A stretch of DNA of 64,000 nucleotides from Sulfolobales archaeon. Lineage in GTDB: Archaea > Thermoproteota > Thermoprotei_A > Sulfolobales > AG1. The first letter of the stretch is position 1. Each line of letters opens with the position of its first letter. The position numbers were made by a program, and so were the translations under genes. The notes beneath the pieces were generated by a model, which was not told the origin of the DNA, ran no database searches, and saw only the letters and a list, made by a program, of their open reading frames with translations. Below are positions 1 to 10,783 of this stretch, in pieces. Location of the stretch: NCBI GenBank assembly GCA_038867615.1, contig JAWBYA010000002.1, positions 64,001-128,000 of the forward strand. The letters are read 5' to 3'.

Positions 1-371
1 GCGTTGTGAAAAACCTAGAGGCTGGCAAGATACCCATGGAGAAGCTAGTCATATGGAAAACAATAACAAGACCCCTAGACGAGTACGAAGCCACAGCACC
101 CCATGTAAGAGCAGCAAAGATCCTGCTGAGCAGAGGGGGTAGAATAGCGATAGGGGATAAGATAGGCTATGTCATAGTGAGAGGGGCTGGGAGGATAAGC
201 GATAGAGCAATGCCCTACACGTTTGTAGACCCTAAGGATATAGATCCATCATACTATATAGACCACCAAGTAATACCAGCAGCCCTAAGGATACTAGAGT
301 ACTTCGGGGTAACGGAGAGAACGCTGAGATCAGGGTCTAGGAGCAGGAGTCTTTTCGACTACTCCAAATAA
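1..371 (+). CDS. polB: Family B DNA polymerase, C-terminal end (5' truncated by window)
   Basis: Motifs LVIWKTITRPLDEY..PHV.AA, G..IGYVI, YYIDHQVIPAALRILE match the archaeal PolB thumb. Confidence 0.93.
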   Translation, partial: VVKNLEAGKIPMEKLVIWKTITRPLDEYEATAPHVRAAKILLSRGGRIAIGDKIGYVIVRGAGRISDRAMPYTFVDPKDIDPSYYIDHQVIPAALRILEYFGVTERTLRSGSRSRSLFDYSK

Positions 372-451
372 TCACCAGGATCGATTGATTCTGAGTAAGA
401 AGCTATCTTTGTCATAAGCCAGCAAGCTTTTGGATCTCATCACCCGGTAGC

Positions 452-1306
452 ATGATTATTAAGCCTCCGTGTGATAGATATCTGGTAACCCTGATGAGGA
501 GCATGTTCAAGGTATACTCCCACCTAACATGCCCCACATCCTATAGGCTTTTTAAGAAGCTGAGAAGCTCCGGAGCCCTGGGGAGCGTTGTCCTCATAGA
601 TACAGGGTTAGACCCCTTCGGCGCTATATCAAGAAGTGTTGTCTCCGTACCGGCTATCTTTTATAATGATAACCTGATCTATTCGGGATATTTCGACGTT
701 GATGAGGCTGTTAACACCATAAGCACGGGATCCCTGCCTTCCCTAGAAGATTTCGACTATGCCGAGGCCTCGGTTATGGCTATGGAGGGGCTTCTTGACT
801 CCTACGCAACAGCCCTCTGGATCTTCCTAACCGATAGGATCGAGTCTCCCCTCAGGCTGAGAAGCTTTATAGAGGCTGTCTCAAGACATGTGTTCTATAG
901 ATATAGATCTAGTGAGAGCTATGAGAGACTTAAAAAGGAAATAATAGACCTCTATAGGGGTGAGAGAAACCTATATCTAGAAAGGCTTAGAGAAGTAGTT
1001 ACAAAGAACGTTATAAGAGAACTTATATGGCTAGGAAAGGATCCAAATATATATAGGGAGAGGATAAACTCAGAATATATAGAACACCTACTCCTCGCCA
1101 GAACAGCTATTGGAAGGATAGGTCTTTTCATGGGATATAGCGGGGAGAAGATCCATAGGGAGAGGATAAGGGATCTCTACACACATCTCACGAACAGGTG
1201 GGGAGATGTCGTTGAAAGCGTGTTGAAGGAGACAAAGAAGATCCTGGGAGATGCTGAGTATGTGAGCGAATATACTAAAAAGCTTGAGGAGCATACCACC
1301 CCCTAG
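452..1306 (+). CDS. Thioredoxin-fold hypothetical protein (likely start ATG 494)
   Basis: N-terminal HLTCPTSY (CxxS) and SVPAIF..D.LIYSG cis-Pro loop; helical C-terminal region; likely co-transcribed with next gene. Confidence 0.6.
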   Translation: MIIKPPCDRYLVTLMRSMFKVYSHLTCPTSYRLFKKLRSSGALGSVVLIDTGLDPFGAISRSVVSVPAIFYNDNLIYSGYFDVDEAVNTISTGSLPSLEDFDYAEASVMAMEGLLDSYATALWIFLTDRIESPLRLRSFIEAVSRHVFYRYRSSESYERLKKEIIDLYRGERNLYLERLREVVTKNVIRELIWLGKDPNIYRERINSEYIEHLLLARTAIGRIGLFMGYSGEKIHRERIRDLYTHLTNRWGDVVESVLKETKKILGDAEYVSEYTKKLEEHTTP

Positions 1307-1324
1307 CCTTAAAGGATCATATCG

Positions 1325-2887
1325 GTGTTTTTGTTGAGAATCCTTATACTAACAGGCAAGCTCGCCTCACTAATAGCACTATCGATCGCCTCCAAGATCT
1401 CCAGCAACATGGGGATCAAGGTCGACGTTGGTACTCTAGACATACCTGTCGCGGCCCTCATAACAACCAGAGATGTTCTTGAATACCTGTCCCAAAGGGC
1501 TAGCGAGGTGAAGGATTACGATATAATCATAGCTCCGGGTTTAATGCTGGGGGATCTTGATATAGTTAACAGGGCTCTTGGTGTTAGGTGTTATAAGGGT
1601 AGCAGGTATATAGGGGATCTTCCGATCGTTATAGATGAGGTTATTAAGAGAGGAGCACAGCTATCAACATCGAAGCCCGCTGACTCTGTCCTCGATATTC
1701 TTAGGAAGAGGGATTATAGCAAGATTCTCAAGGAGCTTGAGGAGAGCTCGAGAAAGATCTTTAGCATAGGATCTCTACCTATCCCCCTAGATCCTCCTCC
1801 CTTCAGGATCTTTGCCGAGGTGAATATAGAGCACCCCATAGAAGCAACAATCAAGAATGCTAGGAGGCTTATCGAGAGCGGGGCAGACCTTCTGGTTATA
1901 GGTACACATGCAGATAGCGATGACCCAGATAGTGTTGGGAGAGTGTTTAGAGAGATTAAGAAACATTACGAAATACCCCTCGGCATAGACTCCCTAAACC
2001 CGAGAGAGGTTGAGGCAGCGGTTTCCGAGGGAGCAGGGCTTGTCATGAATATCAGCAGATCTTTCTTTGACTTTGTGGATAGATTTGGCAGGGATCTCGC
2101 CTACGTGCTAGTCCCAGAGACTGTTGAGGATCCCACGGCTGCTTCGAGGGTTAAGGCTCTTAAAAAAGATCTAGAGGATCTTGTCAATAGATATAAGGCT
2201 TGGAAAGTAATCCTAGACCCCGTGATACCGCCACCCCATTTCGGAGCACTCGAAGGCTTATACGCAGTAGCACTCACAAAGAGAGAGATAGCCTCCCACC
2301 CTGTCATGATGAGCTCTGCAAACATTGTCGAGATGATCGACACGGATTCTATAGGGATAAACGCATTGCTAACAAGTCTAGCCCTCGAGGCCGGGGCCTC
2401 AATAGTGCTCGCAACAGAGGATAGCTGGAAGACTAGAGGCTCTGTCTCCGAGATCAGAAGAGCTGCTACAATGTGCTCGATAGCCCATGTTAAGAGATCA
2501 CCGCCAAAAGATCTAGGGATAGGGCTTTTCCTAGCCAAGTCGAAGGAGAAGCCTGTAAGGATCCCGATCTTTTTTGAGGAGGATATAGTTGTCGATAGAT
2601 ATATCCCCCCATCGAGGCTGGATAGCGATAAATTCTTCGTCGTCCAGGTGGATCATGAGGAGAGATATATAGAAGTATATATCTTCAGCGGTGATAAAGA
2701 GAGAGCCGTGTATAGGGTTAGGGGAAGAGATCCCAGAAGCCTTGGAAGGCTTGCCCTGAGACTCTCAGGGATCCAGGATCCGGAGCACGCTCTCTACCTG
2801 GGAGTGGAGCTTGCAAGAGCCCTGGAAGCACTAAGACTTGGGAGGAGATATGAGCAGGATGAGCAGCCCTCGATAGATACTATATAA
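1325..2887 (+). CDS. Dihydropteroate synthase-like (pterin-binding) protein with C-terminal DUF4346-like domain
   Basis: ILILTGKLA N-terminus, GADLLVIG, IDSLNPRE, VILDPV, N..E.IDTDSIGINALL, C-terminal EHALYLGVELARA..AL..GRRYEQD. Confidence 0.85.
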   Translation: MFLLRILILTGKLASLIALSIASKISSNMGIKVDVGTLDIPVAALITTRDVLEYLSQRASEVKDYDIIIAPGLMLGDLDIVNRALGVRCYKGSRYIGDLPIVIDEVIKRGAQLSTSKPADSVLDILRKRDYSKILKELEESSRKIFSIGSLPIPLDPPPFRIFAEVNIEHPIEATIKNARRLIESGADLLVIGTHADSDDPDSVGRVFREIKKHYEIPLGIDSLNPREVEAAVSEGAGLVMNISRSFFDFVDRFGRDLAYVLVPETVEDPTAASRVKALKKDLEDLVNRYKAWKVILDPVIPPPHFGALEGLYAVALTKREIASHPVMMSSANIVEMIDTDSIGINALLTSLALEAGASIVLATEDSWKTRGSVSEIRRAATMCSIAHVKRSPPKDLGIGLFLAKSKEKPVRIPIFFEEDIVVDRYIPPSRLDSDKFFVVQVDHEERYIEVYIFSGDKERAVYRVRGRDPRSLGRLALRLSGIQDPEHALYLGVELARALEALRLGRRYEQDEQPSIDTI

Positions 2888-2902
2888 AAGATCCACTGTG
2901 AT

Positions 2903-4147
2903 TTACTCATACCTCAAAGCCCTCACAGGCTCCATCCTAGAAGCCCTCCAGGCAGGGTATAGCCCAGCAGCAATGCTTACCGCAACAGCTAGAGCGAAAG
3001 CAGCTAGAGCTATATCTACCGGTATTACGGGGGAGTAGGATAGTGAGAACTGCTGCCCCTGTTGCTGGAAGCCCGGACCCCCTGGGCCCCTCGGCTGTGG
3101 AGATCTTAGAAAGGAGCCCAGGATTTGGGGAAGGATCTGGGCACCCCCAGTCCCGGCTACTATCCCTATGATGCCCCCTATGATCCCTATAAGCGATGCT
3201 TCGAGAAGGTATAGGAACAATACATCCCTGTTTCTGAAACCAACGGCCTTCATAACACCTATCTCTCTAGTCCTCTCTAGAACCGTGATCATCATTATAT
3301 TCATTGTTCCAAGCCCTGCAACGCTGAGCGAGATCCCTGCTATCGATGCTAGGAGGAGTCCGAACTGACCTATTATGGTTGATACTGTCTGGCTCAGCTG
3401 TTGCACAGTAAGGATCTGGACACTATTGCCATATATGGTGTTGAGATTACTAGATAGATCGTTAACAGCATCCACACTTACAGCTTTTACTATTAACATG
3501 TTATAAGACCTCCTGTTAAGGATCTTCATCAACTGGTCAAGGGGGAGAAAGATAGACGAGTCTGGCGAGACGAAAGCCGTCGAGCCATACTGGGCCACGA
3601 TCCCCATAACTTGCAACTGGATCCTCTGTGTGAACCGTCCAAGACCTATCTCGACTGTTACTGGTTGCCCAACATAGATAGATTGTGAGCCGCCCTGGTC
3701 GGGGGGAAATGCTATGGTATATCCGACAAGTGCTACTGGGACAGGGGCGTCTGGATATATGGATCCATCGACTATCTTTACATCGCCTAGAAGAGCCTCT
3801 AAATCGCCGCTCCTTATCCCAACCAGTGTTACCTGTACCTGCTGTCCAGATCTATATATAGTTGCCGGGGTCTGGATAATCGGGATCACTCTTTCTACGT
3901 TCTGGAGCTCGGAGATCCTGATCACATCGACCTGTGTGAGCGTAGACCCCCTAGGGGTTATCACTATCGTGGACGGGCCAAGCTTATACAGAGTATCTAT
4001 GACGCTCTGCTGGATCCCCATTGTCTGGGCTACAAGGGCTATAATGCTAGCAACACCTATAGCGACGCTAAGTATTGTAAGACCTGTTCTCAGCCTTCTC
4101 TGGGAGAGATCCTTTAGGGCTATTTTGACTAGATCTTGGTATCTCAT
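2903..4147 (-). CDS. ABC transporter permease, MacB/FtsX family
   Basis: RTGLTILSVAIGVASI, NIMMITVLERTREIGVMKAVG, AGLYPAWRASRMEPVRALRYE; start placed at ATG 4147 (ATGA overlap with upstream stop) rather than 4213. Confidence 0.93.
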   Translation of the reverse strand: MRYQDLVKIALKDLSQRRLRTGLTILSVAIGVASIIALVAQTMGIQQSVIDTLYKLGPSTIVITPRGSTLTQVDVIRISELQNVERVIPIIQTPATIYRSGQQVQVTLVGIRSGDLEALLGDVKIVDGSIYPDAPVPVALVGYTIAFPPDQGGSQSIYVGQPVTVEIGLGRFTQRIQLQVMGIVAQYGSTAFVSPDSSIFLPLDQLMKILNRRSYNMLIVKAVSVDAVNDLSSNLNTIYGNSVQILTVQQLSQTVSTIIGQFGLLLASIAGISLSVAGLGTMNIMMITVLERTREIGVMKAVGFRNRDVLFLYLLEASLIGIIGGIIGIVAGTGGAQILPQILGSFLRSPQPRGPGGPGFQQQGQQFSLSYSPVIPVDIALAAFALAVAVSIAAGLYPAWRASRMEPVRALRYE

Positions 4148-7100
4148 TTCCTCCTCCCTACATAGATCCCGGCTATGAATGCTATAACAGCTGCTATAGC
4201 TATATAGACCCACCAGTAGGTGCCTAGTTCGAGTAAACCTGATCCACCGGTGCTTCTCGGGGTTGTGGTAGTCCTTAAACCTGCACCGAGGATCACTGGG
4301 ATCGATATGTTGACGGTGTTAAGGGTTCTTAGGTTATCATAGTATGTGATCTGGATAGGGATCTCGTACCTGCCCGGGCTTGTCGTGTTGGGGGCTATAA
4401 GGGTTATTGTGAATGTGGTTGGTGAGTTCACCTGCATATCGCCTATAAATACTGATCTAGACCCGAAGATCCTGAAGTCCCGAGGCGGTAGAGGAGTTGC
4501 CGTAACAGCTGAAGCTGTGATCGTTCCTTGGTTGGTGAGAGTCACCGTTATAGAGAACACCTGTCCCGGCGAGGGGGTCTCAGGGATCACTGTATAGTCG
4601 GTTACCCTAAGCTCTATAATACCCCTCGAGATAATACCAGCGCTCTTTACCTCCTGGTAGAATGTTCCATCTATATAGTATCTGAGATCTACCTGGAGGA
4701 TGGCTGTCGATGCAGTAGCGGGTACGTATATCTTTGCTGGGATCCCTATCTGTTCTCCGATCGATAGTCTTTTTACCTTAAACGCTGTTGTTCCGATCAC
4801 CAATAGCTGTCCCGCAACACCTATGGATATGGTTATATTATCTATATTCTGAGAGCCCGTGTTCCTTAGATATATGGTTGCATTGTTAATGATCCCTGTG
4901 ACAAGAACCAGAGGATCTATTGTTATTTCTATAGGCGATACTATAGGCTGTATCAATACTATGAGGGATAGATCGCGGGTCTCCGTCTTAAGAGATCCTG
5001 ATTGATCATAGTATGTGAGCGTTATTCGCATATTGCTTGTGCTATACATCTGCTGGGGTATAGCGGAAGGTCTCGCCATAAAGATCGTGAGCTGTGATGA
5101 CCAAACAACCCCTCCAGGAAGATCCCCTACATAGATCCTGCCATCGCTGTTCACCAGTGCTAGAGAAGATGCTGGTGTTATTGTAAGCGATAGATTATAT
5201 ACTGGGGCTCCACCTCTATTAACAATATATAGGGAGAGGTTGTTAAGCCCGGGCTGTATAGTGTTGCTAGATATATTGATAACTATCTGTGGCTGCTCCG
5301 AAGAGGCTACGTAGAACCCAAGCTGCTGGGACGATACCCTAGCAACACCATATTGATCTATATAGTTGATCGTGAACGTTAGGATGATTGTTAAACCTGC
5401 GGCTGATGGCGGGATATAGATCTGATAGCTTACTATGGAACTCATACCAGGGTTAAGGGTGCTTAGCACTTGGCTTGGTGTGAGGCTTGCAGATCCCTGT
5501 AGCTGTGTTGAAACCCCTATGCTGACATTGTAGATAGCCGCGTCGCCCAAGTTACTCACCCTGACGGAGAGGTTGTTTATAGAGCCTGGTGTGAGATTTG
5601 CTGTTAACGGCTCCAAGAGGATCAATGATTGTCTCTGGGGGCTGATTAATAATCCTAGCTGCTGCGAGTAGCTCCTCGGATAATCATAAGGATCTATATA
5701 TGAGATCGCTACTAGTAATGATAGCGGTGACTGCTGTGCTGATGGCGGGATATATATGTTTACCGAGAGCGAACCGCTCTCACCTGGCTGTAGATCTAGT
5801 TTCCCCTGATCATAGCTAATGACAGAGCCTATAGAAGGCTGGATAGACGTTATACCTATCTGCCTAGCAGGCCCTGTACCGTTATTCGTTATCAAGAGCA
5901 GCACGGTGTTTACAAACCCAGGTTCTAGCGATCGATTAGCAGCCCTAATATATAGATCCACCCTGCCCCTTATGTCGAGCAAAACCGGGACTGTCTGGCT
6001 ATACCCGGACCTGCTCTGCGTATCCCAGGTTATCGCTAAAGCTGCCCCATATAGACCTGTCTTCATACTTGGGTCTATGCTCACCTGGTAGGCGAGCTGG
6101 ACTACGCTGTTAGGCTGTATAGACGGGATATATTGAGAGGCGCTCCGCTCATTAGGAAGGATCCTTATACCGTTTGGAGGGAGCAGCGTGAAGTTAGCAT
6201 TATAGGCAGTACTGTTACCAACATACCTAACAGCTATAACCAGAGACACCCCAGAGTCGCCCGGACCAACCTGGATCTGTTGCTGGAGAGACCCCCAGCC
6301 AGCTGATAAAGCCTGGAAATACCCCGGCTGGTAATCCACAGCTAGACTTATTGCTAACAGATCGCTTCTCTGAACACCGGATCTATCTGTATAGCTGAGC
6401 TGGATCTGCAATGTGATTATTTGAGGAGCCTGCGATCCAACATATAGGTTAAACGAAAGATCCTTATACCCCGATGGTGCTAGATCTCCTATGAAGAAAC
6501 GAGCATCGCTCCCCACAATAGCTGCTTGCTGCGAAGGGGTCACGCTAGCAATGACGTTATATATCCCTGAGGATCCCTTGTTTGTTATTCTGATCGAGAC
6601 ATTATTGATCTGGCCTGCTATAACGCTCTGAGTTAGGGGGGTCACAGAGATCATTTGGGGAACCTGCTGCCCCACATAGAAGCCTATCGACTGTGATAGT
6701 GTTTTCACAGCATAGTATGGGTTTATATACGAGGCGATGACCACGAGACTTAGCGCCTGTAGTGCCGAGGATGGGGGTACATAGACCAGGATCTTGGCAT
6801 CCCTATACTCGCCCGGAGGGATCAGATCTATAGATAGTGGTGTTGATAATATCGAACCCGGGCCTTGTAGGTTATAGCTGAGGCTGAGGTTATATGCTGG
6901 TCCCGAGCCCCTGTTATATATTCTGAGCGTGATCTCATTTATATCGCCTGGGCTAAGGTTTCTTGGTGATGCGTCGAATACAAGATCCGCTCTACCCCTG
7001 AGATCTATTGTCACGTTCAGGCTCTGCTTTATTATTAGTGATTGTGTCTGCCCCATAATATCAAGGATCGCCGTATATGTTCCTAGGCTGGTATATGGGC

Positions 7101-7416
7101 TTATAGAGATGGGGAATGTTAGTGGCACTATAGATCCTGGTGTGACGGGACCGCTATAGGCGGTAACATTACTCTCGCCAGATGTGCTGAGAAATCCTTC
7201 GGGTAGACTGAGATTAGCCGTGAGGCTTATTAGATTCACCGAGCCATTGTATTGTATATATATTGTTAGAGGGACACTGAGATCTCCTGGAGACGCCTCA
7301 GCCCCCCACAAGACATTAACTACCCTGAAGTACTGGGTCTCTGATAAAACCATCGGGGTTAGTGAGATTGCGAGCAGGGTTATAAGCACTATAGCTAACG
7401 AGACCCTTGCCATCAT
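4144..7416 (-). CDS. COG1361-type S-layer/Ig-like repeat surface protein
   Basis: Signal peptide, about 8 beta-sandwich repeats (N.GSGPA.N...), Thr-rich linker, C-terminal TM helix plus RRK; operon with MacB-like ABC. Confidence 0.85.
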   Translation of the reverse strand: MMARVSLAIVLITLLAISLTPMVLSETQYFRVVNVLWGAEASPGDLSVPLTIYIQYNGSVNLISLTANLSLPEGFLSTSGESNVTAYSGPVTPGSIVPLTFPISISPYTSLGTYTAILDIMGQTQSLIIKQSLNVTIDLRGRADLVFDASPRNLSPGDINEITLRIYNRGSGPAYNLSLSYNLQGPGSILSTPLSIDLIPPGEYRDAKILVYVPPSSALQALSLVVIASYINPYYAVKTLSQSIGFYVGQQVPQMISVTPLTQSVIAGQINNVSIRITNKGSSGIYNVIASVTPSQQAAIVGSDARFFIGDLAPSGYKDLSFNLYVGSQAPQIITLQIQLSYTDRSGVQRSDLLAISLAVDYQPGYFQALSAGWGSLQQQIQVGPGDSGVSLVIAVRYVGNSTAYNANFTLLPPNGIRILPNERSASQYIPSIQPNSVVQLAYQVSIDPSMKTGLYGAALAITWDTQSRSGYSQTVPVLLDIRGRVDLYIRAANRSLEPGFVNTVLLLITNNGTGPARQIGITSIQPSIGSVISYDQGKLDLQPGESGSLSVNIYIPPSAQQSPLSLLVAISYIDPYDYPRSYSQQLGLLISPQRQSLILLEPLTANLTPGSINNLSVRVSNLGDAAIYNVSIGVSTQLQGSASLTPSQVLSTLNPGMSSIVSYQIYIPPSAAGLTIILTFTINYIDQYGVARVSSQQLGFYVASSEQPQIVINISSNTIQPGLNNLSLYIVNRGGAPVYNLSLTITPASSLALVNSDGRIYVGDLPGGVVWSSQLTIFMARPSAIPQQMYSTSNMRITLTYYDQSGSLKTETRDLSLIVLIQPIVSPIEITIDPLVLVTGIINNATIYLRNTGSQNIDNITISIGVAGQLLVIGTTAFKVKRLSIGEQIGIPAKIYVPATASTAILQVDLRYYIDGTFYQEVKSAGIISRGIIELRVTDYTVIPETPSPGQVFSITVTLTNQGTITASAVTATPLPPRDFRIFGSRSVFIGDMQVNSPTTFTITLIAPNTTSPGRYEIPIQITYYDNLRTLNTVNISIPVILGAGLRTTTTPRSTGGSGLLELGTYWWVYIAIAAVIAFIAGIYVGRRK

Positions 7417-8108
7417 TGCTCCCTTACCTCTTCCTTCACCACTACTCCGTCTCTTAGGTATATTATCCTTTTTGTAGCCCAGGCAACCTCCATGTTATGT
7501 GTAACTATTATTACTGTGACACCGCGCTCCTCATTGATCCTTTTGAGAAGATCTACAACCACCTTGGCACTAGCACCATCGAGATTCCCCGTAGGCTCGT
7601 CAGCCAACACGATGCCGGGATCGTTTGCTAGAGCCCTAGCTATAGCTACCCTCTGCTGCTCCCCACCACTTAGCTCTAAGGGTTTCTTCCATATTTTATC
7701 GCCAAGCCCCAGCTCTTCCAAAAGCCTTCTAGCCTTCTCCCTCCTCTGCTTTGGAGGTACACCGCTAACGATCATCGGGATCTCCACATTCTCTATAGCG
7801 CTTAGGTAAGGAATCAAGTTATACTGTTGGAACACAAAACCCACAGTCTTATTCCTATACTCCGCAAGCCTATTATCGCTTAAACTCGATATAGACTGCC
7901 CAGAAACACGGATCTCGCCCCTCGTAGGCCTATCAAGACCACCTATTAGGTGGAGAAGTGTGGATTTACCGCTCCCAGAAGGCCCTACTATAGATACAAA
8001 GCTCCCCTTATCTATAGAGAGGCTCACACCTCTAAGGGCTGGGTAGTCTATAACCCCAACCCTATAGATCTTCCACACATTATCAAGCTCTATAAATGCT
8101 CTGCCCAC
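7413..8108 (-). CDS. ABC transporter ATPase, LolD/MacB family
   Basis: GPSGSGKST, GFVFQQYNL, LSGGEQQRVAIARAL, LADEPTGNLD, VTH. Confidence 0.95.
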   Translation of the reverse strand: MGRAFIELDNVWKIYRVGVIDYPALRGVSLSIDKGSFVSIVGPSGSGKSTLLHLIGGLDRPTRGEIRVSGQSISSLSDNRLAEYRNKTVGFVFQQYNLIPYLSAIENVEIPMIVSGVPPKQRREKARRLLEELGLGDKIWKKPLELSGGEQQRVAIARALANDPGIVLADEPTGNLDGASAKVVVDLLKRINEERGVTVIIVTHNMEVAWATKRIIYLRDGVVVKEEVREQ

Positions 8109-8290
8109 ACAACATACCCATTTATGAAGCCCTACGATGGCTTAATAAGGTTAACCACAAGCCATAATACCGGATCGCTATAATCAGCGTGATCCTGCCT
8201 GAGAGATAGCGTCCAGAAACAATATGGGAGCTATTTACTTTTAAACCGAAGACAGGGCTGGTCAGGGTTTAATAACCATGGGCTCGATCC

Positions 8291-8791
8291 CTATACCTCG
8301 CGGCGAGATGCCCTCTTTATCGGTACTATTTCCTGTTCGTCTGGGCGCCATCTGAATATGTTTAGATATGTGCCCCAGTGGATCAGGCATTCAATGGCTT
8401 CGGAAGCTTTTGTTCCGTAGAGCTCTTCTAACATGCCTCTCAGCTCTTCTATCTGTATCGAGCCTTTCTCGTTGAGCATTTTAACCATACTAGATATAGG
8501 CTCGATCCCTATTACTAGGTTTCTGAGGATCTTCTTAATACTCCTAGAATCGGCTTTGGCAACCTCTTTACCTGTATCTGTGATCACGAGATCCCCTTTC
8601 TCTAGGCGGACAAGACCCATGGATTCAGCGACATCTATCACGTTTGGCAAGAGCCCTGCATCAGCGTCTATCACCTCACTTATCTTAGAGGTGTCAGCCA
8701 AACCTCCAAGGCTATAGAGAGCCTCGACAAGCCCAACAACCTGGTCTATGGTTACACATATAGGGAGGTTTATCTTCCTATGTTGTGACAC
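8291..8791 (-). CDS. Stand-alone AAA-associated (NitT/TauT ATPase C-terminal-like) winged-helix protein
   Basis: GLVEAL...GG..D, LLP.IDVAESMGLV....GD..IT..G, C-terminal LIHWGTYLNIF.W resemble AAA_assoc_C; divergent from NitT/TauT ABC. Confidence 0.7.
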   Translation of the reverse strand: MSQHRKINLPICVTIDQVVGLVEALYSLGGLADTSKISEVIDADAGLLPNVIDVAESMGLVRLEKGDLVITDTGKEVAKADSRSIKKILRNLVIGIEPISSMVKMLNEKGSIQIEELRGMLEELYGTKASEAIECLIHWGTYLNIFRWRPDEQEIVPIKRASRREV

Positions 8792-8866
8792 TCCCTCAGA
8801 CCAGCCTCCTAGAGAATCATATTGTGAAGACTATATAAGCACCATAGCTCTCCTGTTATCGGGAAA

Positions 8867-10438
8867 ATGCCAGAGCCCTGGATCTACGAGCTATTGGTGA
8901 GCACCTCATATACATTGGCTAGGATGGTTGCTGCATACCTACTCTCACTACTAATAGCTATTTTGATCGGGATAACGATGGCTGTTAACAGGAAAGCAGA
9001 GGTGATCCTCAACCCCTTGATAGATGTGCTCCAATCAATACCCATACTAGGTTTCTTCCCCGCAGCACTACTAGTACTGATAAGGATCCTACCACCAGGA
9101 GTTGGAGCTGAGGTAGCCTCTATCTTCCTCATAGCAACCAGCATGGTGTGGAACATGATATACGGTGTATACACCTCGATAAAATCCCTGGATCAGGGTG
9201 TGATCGATGTTGCCAAGATCTATAAGATAGGGGTTCTAGCAAAGCTAGTGACAATATATCTACCAGCCTCAAAGAACGCTATTGCAACCAACTCGCTAAT
9301 ATCATGGGCCGGGGGCTGGTTCTTCGTAACAGCCGCAGAGATCATATCGCTTGGGAACGAGGAGTATAGGTTAAGAGGGCTTGGAAGCTACATAGTGGAG
9401 GCTAGTGCTAGAGGGGATCAGGCTGCTCTATATGCTGGGGTAGGGATCCTCATACTAATGATCATGATCACATATCTGCTTATATGGAACCCCATGATCA
9501 GTCTGAGGGGGGAAGCCTACACCATAACACAGCCATCCATAAAGATCCTCTATAAGCTGCTCTCACCAAGATTCTCAGCCCTGTCTGGAAGGCTCTCCAC
9601 AGGCATATATAGGATCGATGCGGCATTATCGCCAACCCATCGGGCTAGGAGGTATATCTCTTTATCCGCCGTTATAGCGATCTTCGCCTCGATCATTACG
9701 CTCTTAACACTAGGATCTCTCAGAGATATCAGCATTAAAGGAACCGGTACTTCCGAGCCATTGTTCCAAGCGATGGCAATGGATATGGCTAACCGTTCTC
9801 TAGAAGCGGTATACTCGATCGCTGTAAGCTTCGTGAGAGTTGTTGCTGCGCTGCTCTTCGGACTATTAGTAACAATATCGCTAGCATATCTCTATATAGT
9901 TAACCAAAGATCTATATACTTTCTTCTCTTTATCGGAGAGATCCTATCATCCATACCAGCAACAGTGTGGTGGCCCCTCCTAGCAGACGCTGTTAAGAAC
10001 GGGCTTAGCCCCAACGTGGTCTCAATGATCATAATCATCCAGGGGTCTTTCTGGTACTTGTTCTTCAACCTGTTCTTCTACGGCGTCCCCTCATTTAGAA
10101 GACAGCTGATCGAGCTAGCAGAGGTGTATAATATCAAAGGAGGTCTCTATGTATCTAAGATCTTCCTCCCAGCGCTATACCCATCCATAGCAGCCGGGCT
10201 TATATCAGCCTCCGGAGGCGCATGGAACTCCGTGATCGTGGCTGAGTATATAGATATAGGGGATCTCAAGGTAGATCTAGGAGGGATCGGGAGCCTCATA
10301 TCAAGATCAGCCGCAGGAGGCGATGTAATATCTCTAACCACCTATGTCCTCTACATGGCACTATTTGTAGTGATACTGAACAGAACCCTGTGGGAAAGGC
10401 TGCTCTTTAGGAGAATAAAGAGAAGATACGCTATATAG
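8867..10438 (+). CDS. ABC permease, nitrate/sulfonate/bicarbonate type, duplicated (two TMD halves)
   Basis: DVLQSIPILGFFP, SWAGGWFFVTAAE, ASGGAWNSVIVAEY. Confidence 0.9.
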   Translation: MPEPWIYELLVSTSYTLARMVAAYLLSLLIAILIGITMAVNRKAEVILNPLIDVLQSIPILGFFPAALLVLIRILPPGVGAEVASIFLIATSMVWNMIYGVYTSIKSLDQGVIDVAKIYKIGVLAKLVTIYLPASKNAIATNSLISWAGGWFFVTAAEIISLGNEEYRLRGLGSYIVEASARGDQAALYAGVGILILMIMITYLLIWNPMISLRGEAYTITQPSIKILYKLLSPRFSALSGRLSTGIYRIDAALSPTHRARRYISLSAVIAIFASIITLLTLGSLRDISIKGTGTSEPLFQAMAMDMANRSLEAVYSIAVSFVRVVAALLFGLLVTISLAYLYIVNQRSIYFLLFIGEILSSIPATVWWPLLADAVKNGLSPNVVSMIIIIQGSFWYLFFNLFFYGVPSFRRQLIELAEVYNIKGGLYVSKIFLPALYPSIAAGLISASGGAWNSVIVAEYIDIGDLKVDLGGIGSLISRSAAGGDVISLTTYVLYMALFVVILNRTLWERLLFRRIKRRYAI

Positions 10439-10783
10439 CTATACCCACCATAACAAGCTATTCCAGTTTCCACAAAGATTTATGGTATGTTTATTAGCGA
10501 TCGTTACTAGCCCTTCCCGAGATCTTCGCTGTTGTAAAGACAGGCTTATAGCTAGAATATATCGCCGATGTCTACCTACAATGTATAAAAAGATCTATCT
10601 ACACTCTGGGAGAAACCCCAACAGATCTCGGAGATCTTCCTATGCACTATAACACCTAGGAAGGAAACGCTTATTAATCCCACGGCGGTAATGAGGGCTG
10701 GGGAAGGTTTGTACTGAGGGTGTTCCTGACAGGGGCTCTATATCCCATCGGATCGATTATCATGATAGCTAGTTATATGGGGT

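Noticed and set aside
10685-10735. Possible C/D box sRNA (GTAATGA...CTGA...CTGA)
   Set aside because: No C' box, wrong spacing, and the nearby TATA would start transcription past box C
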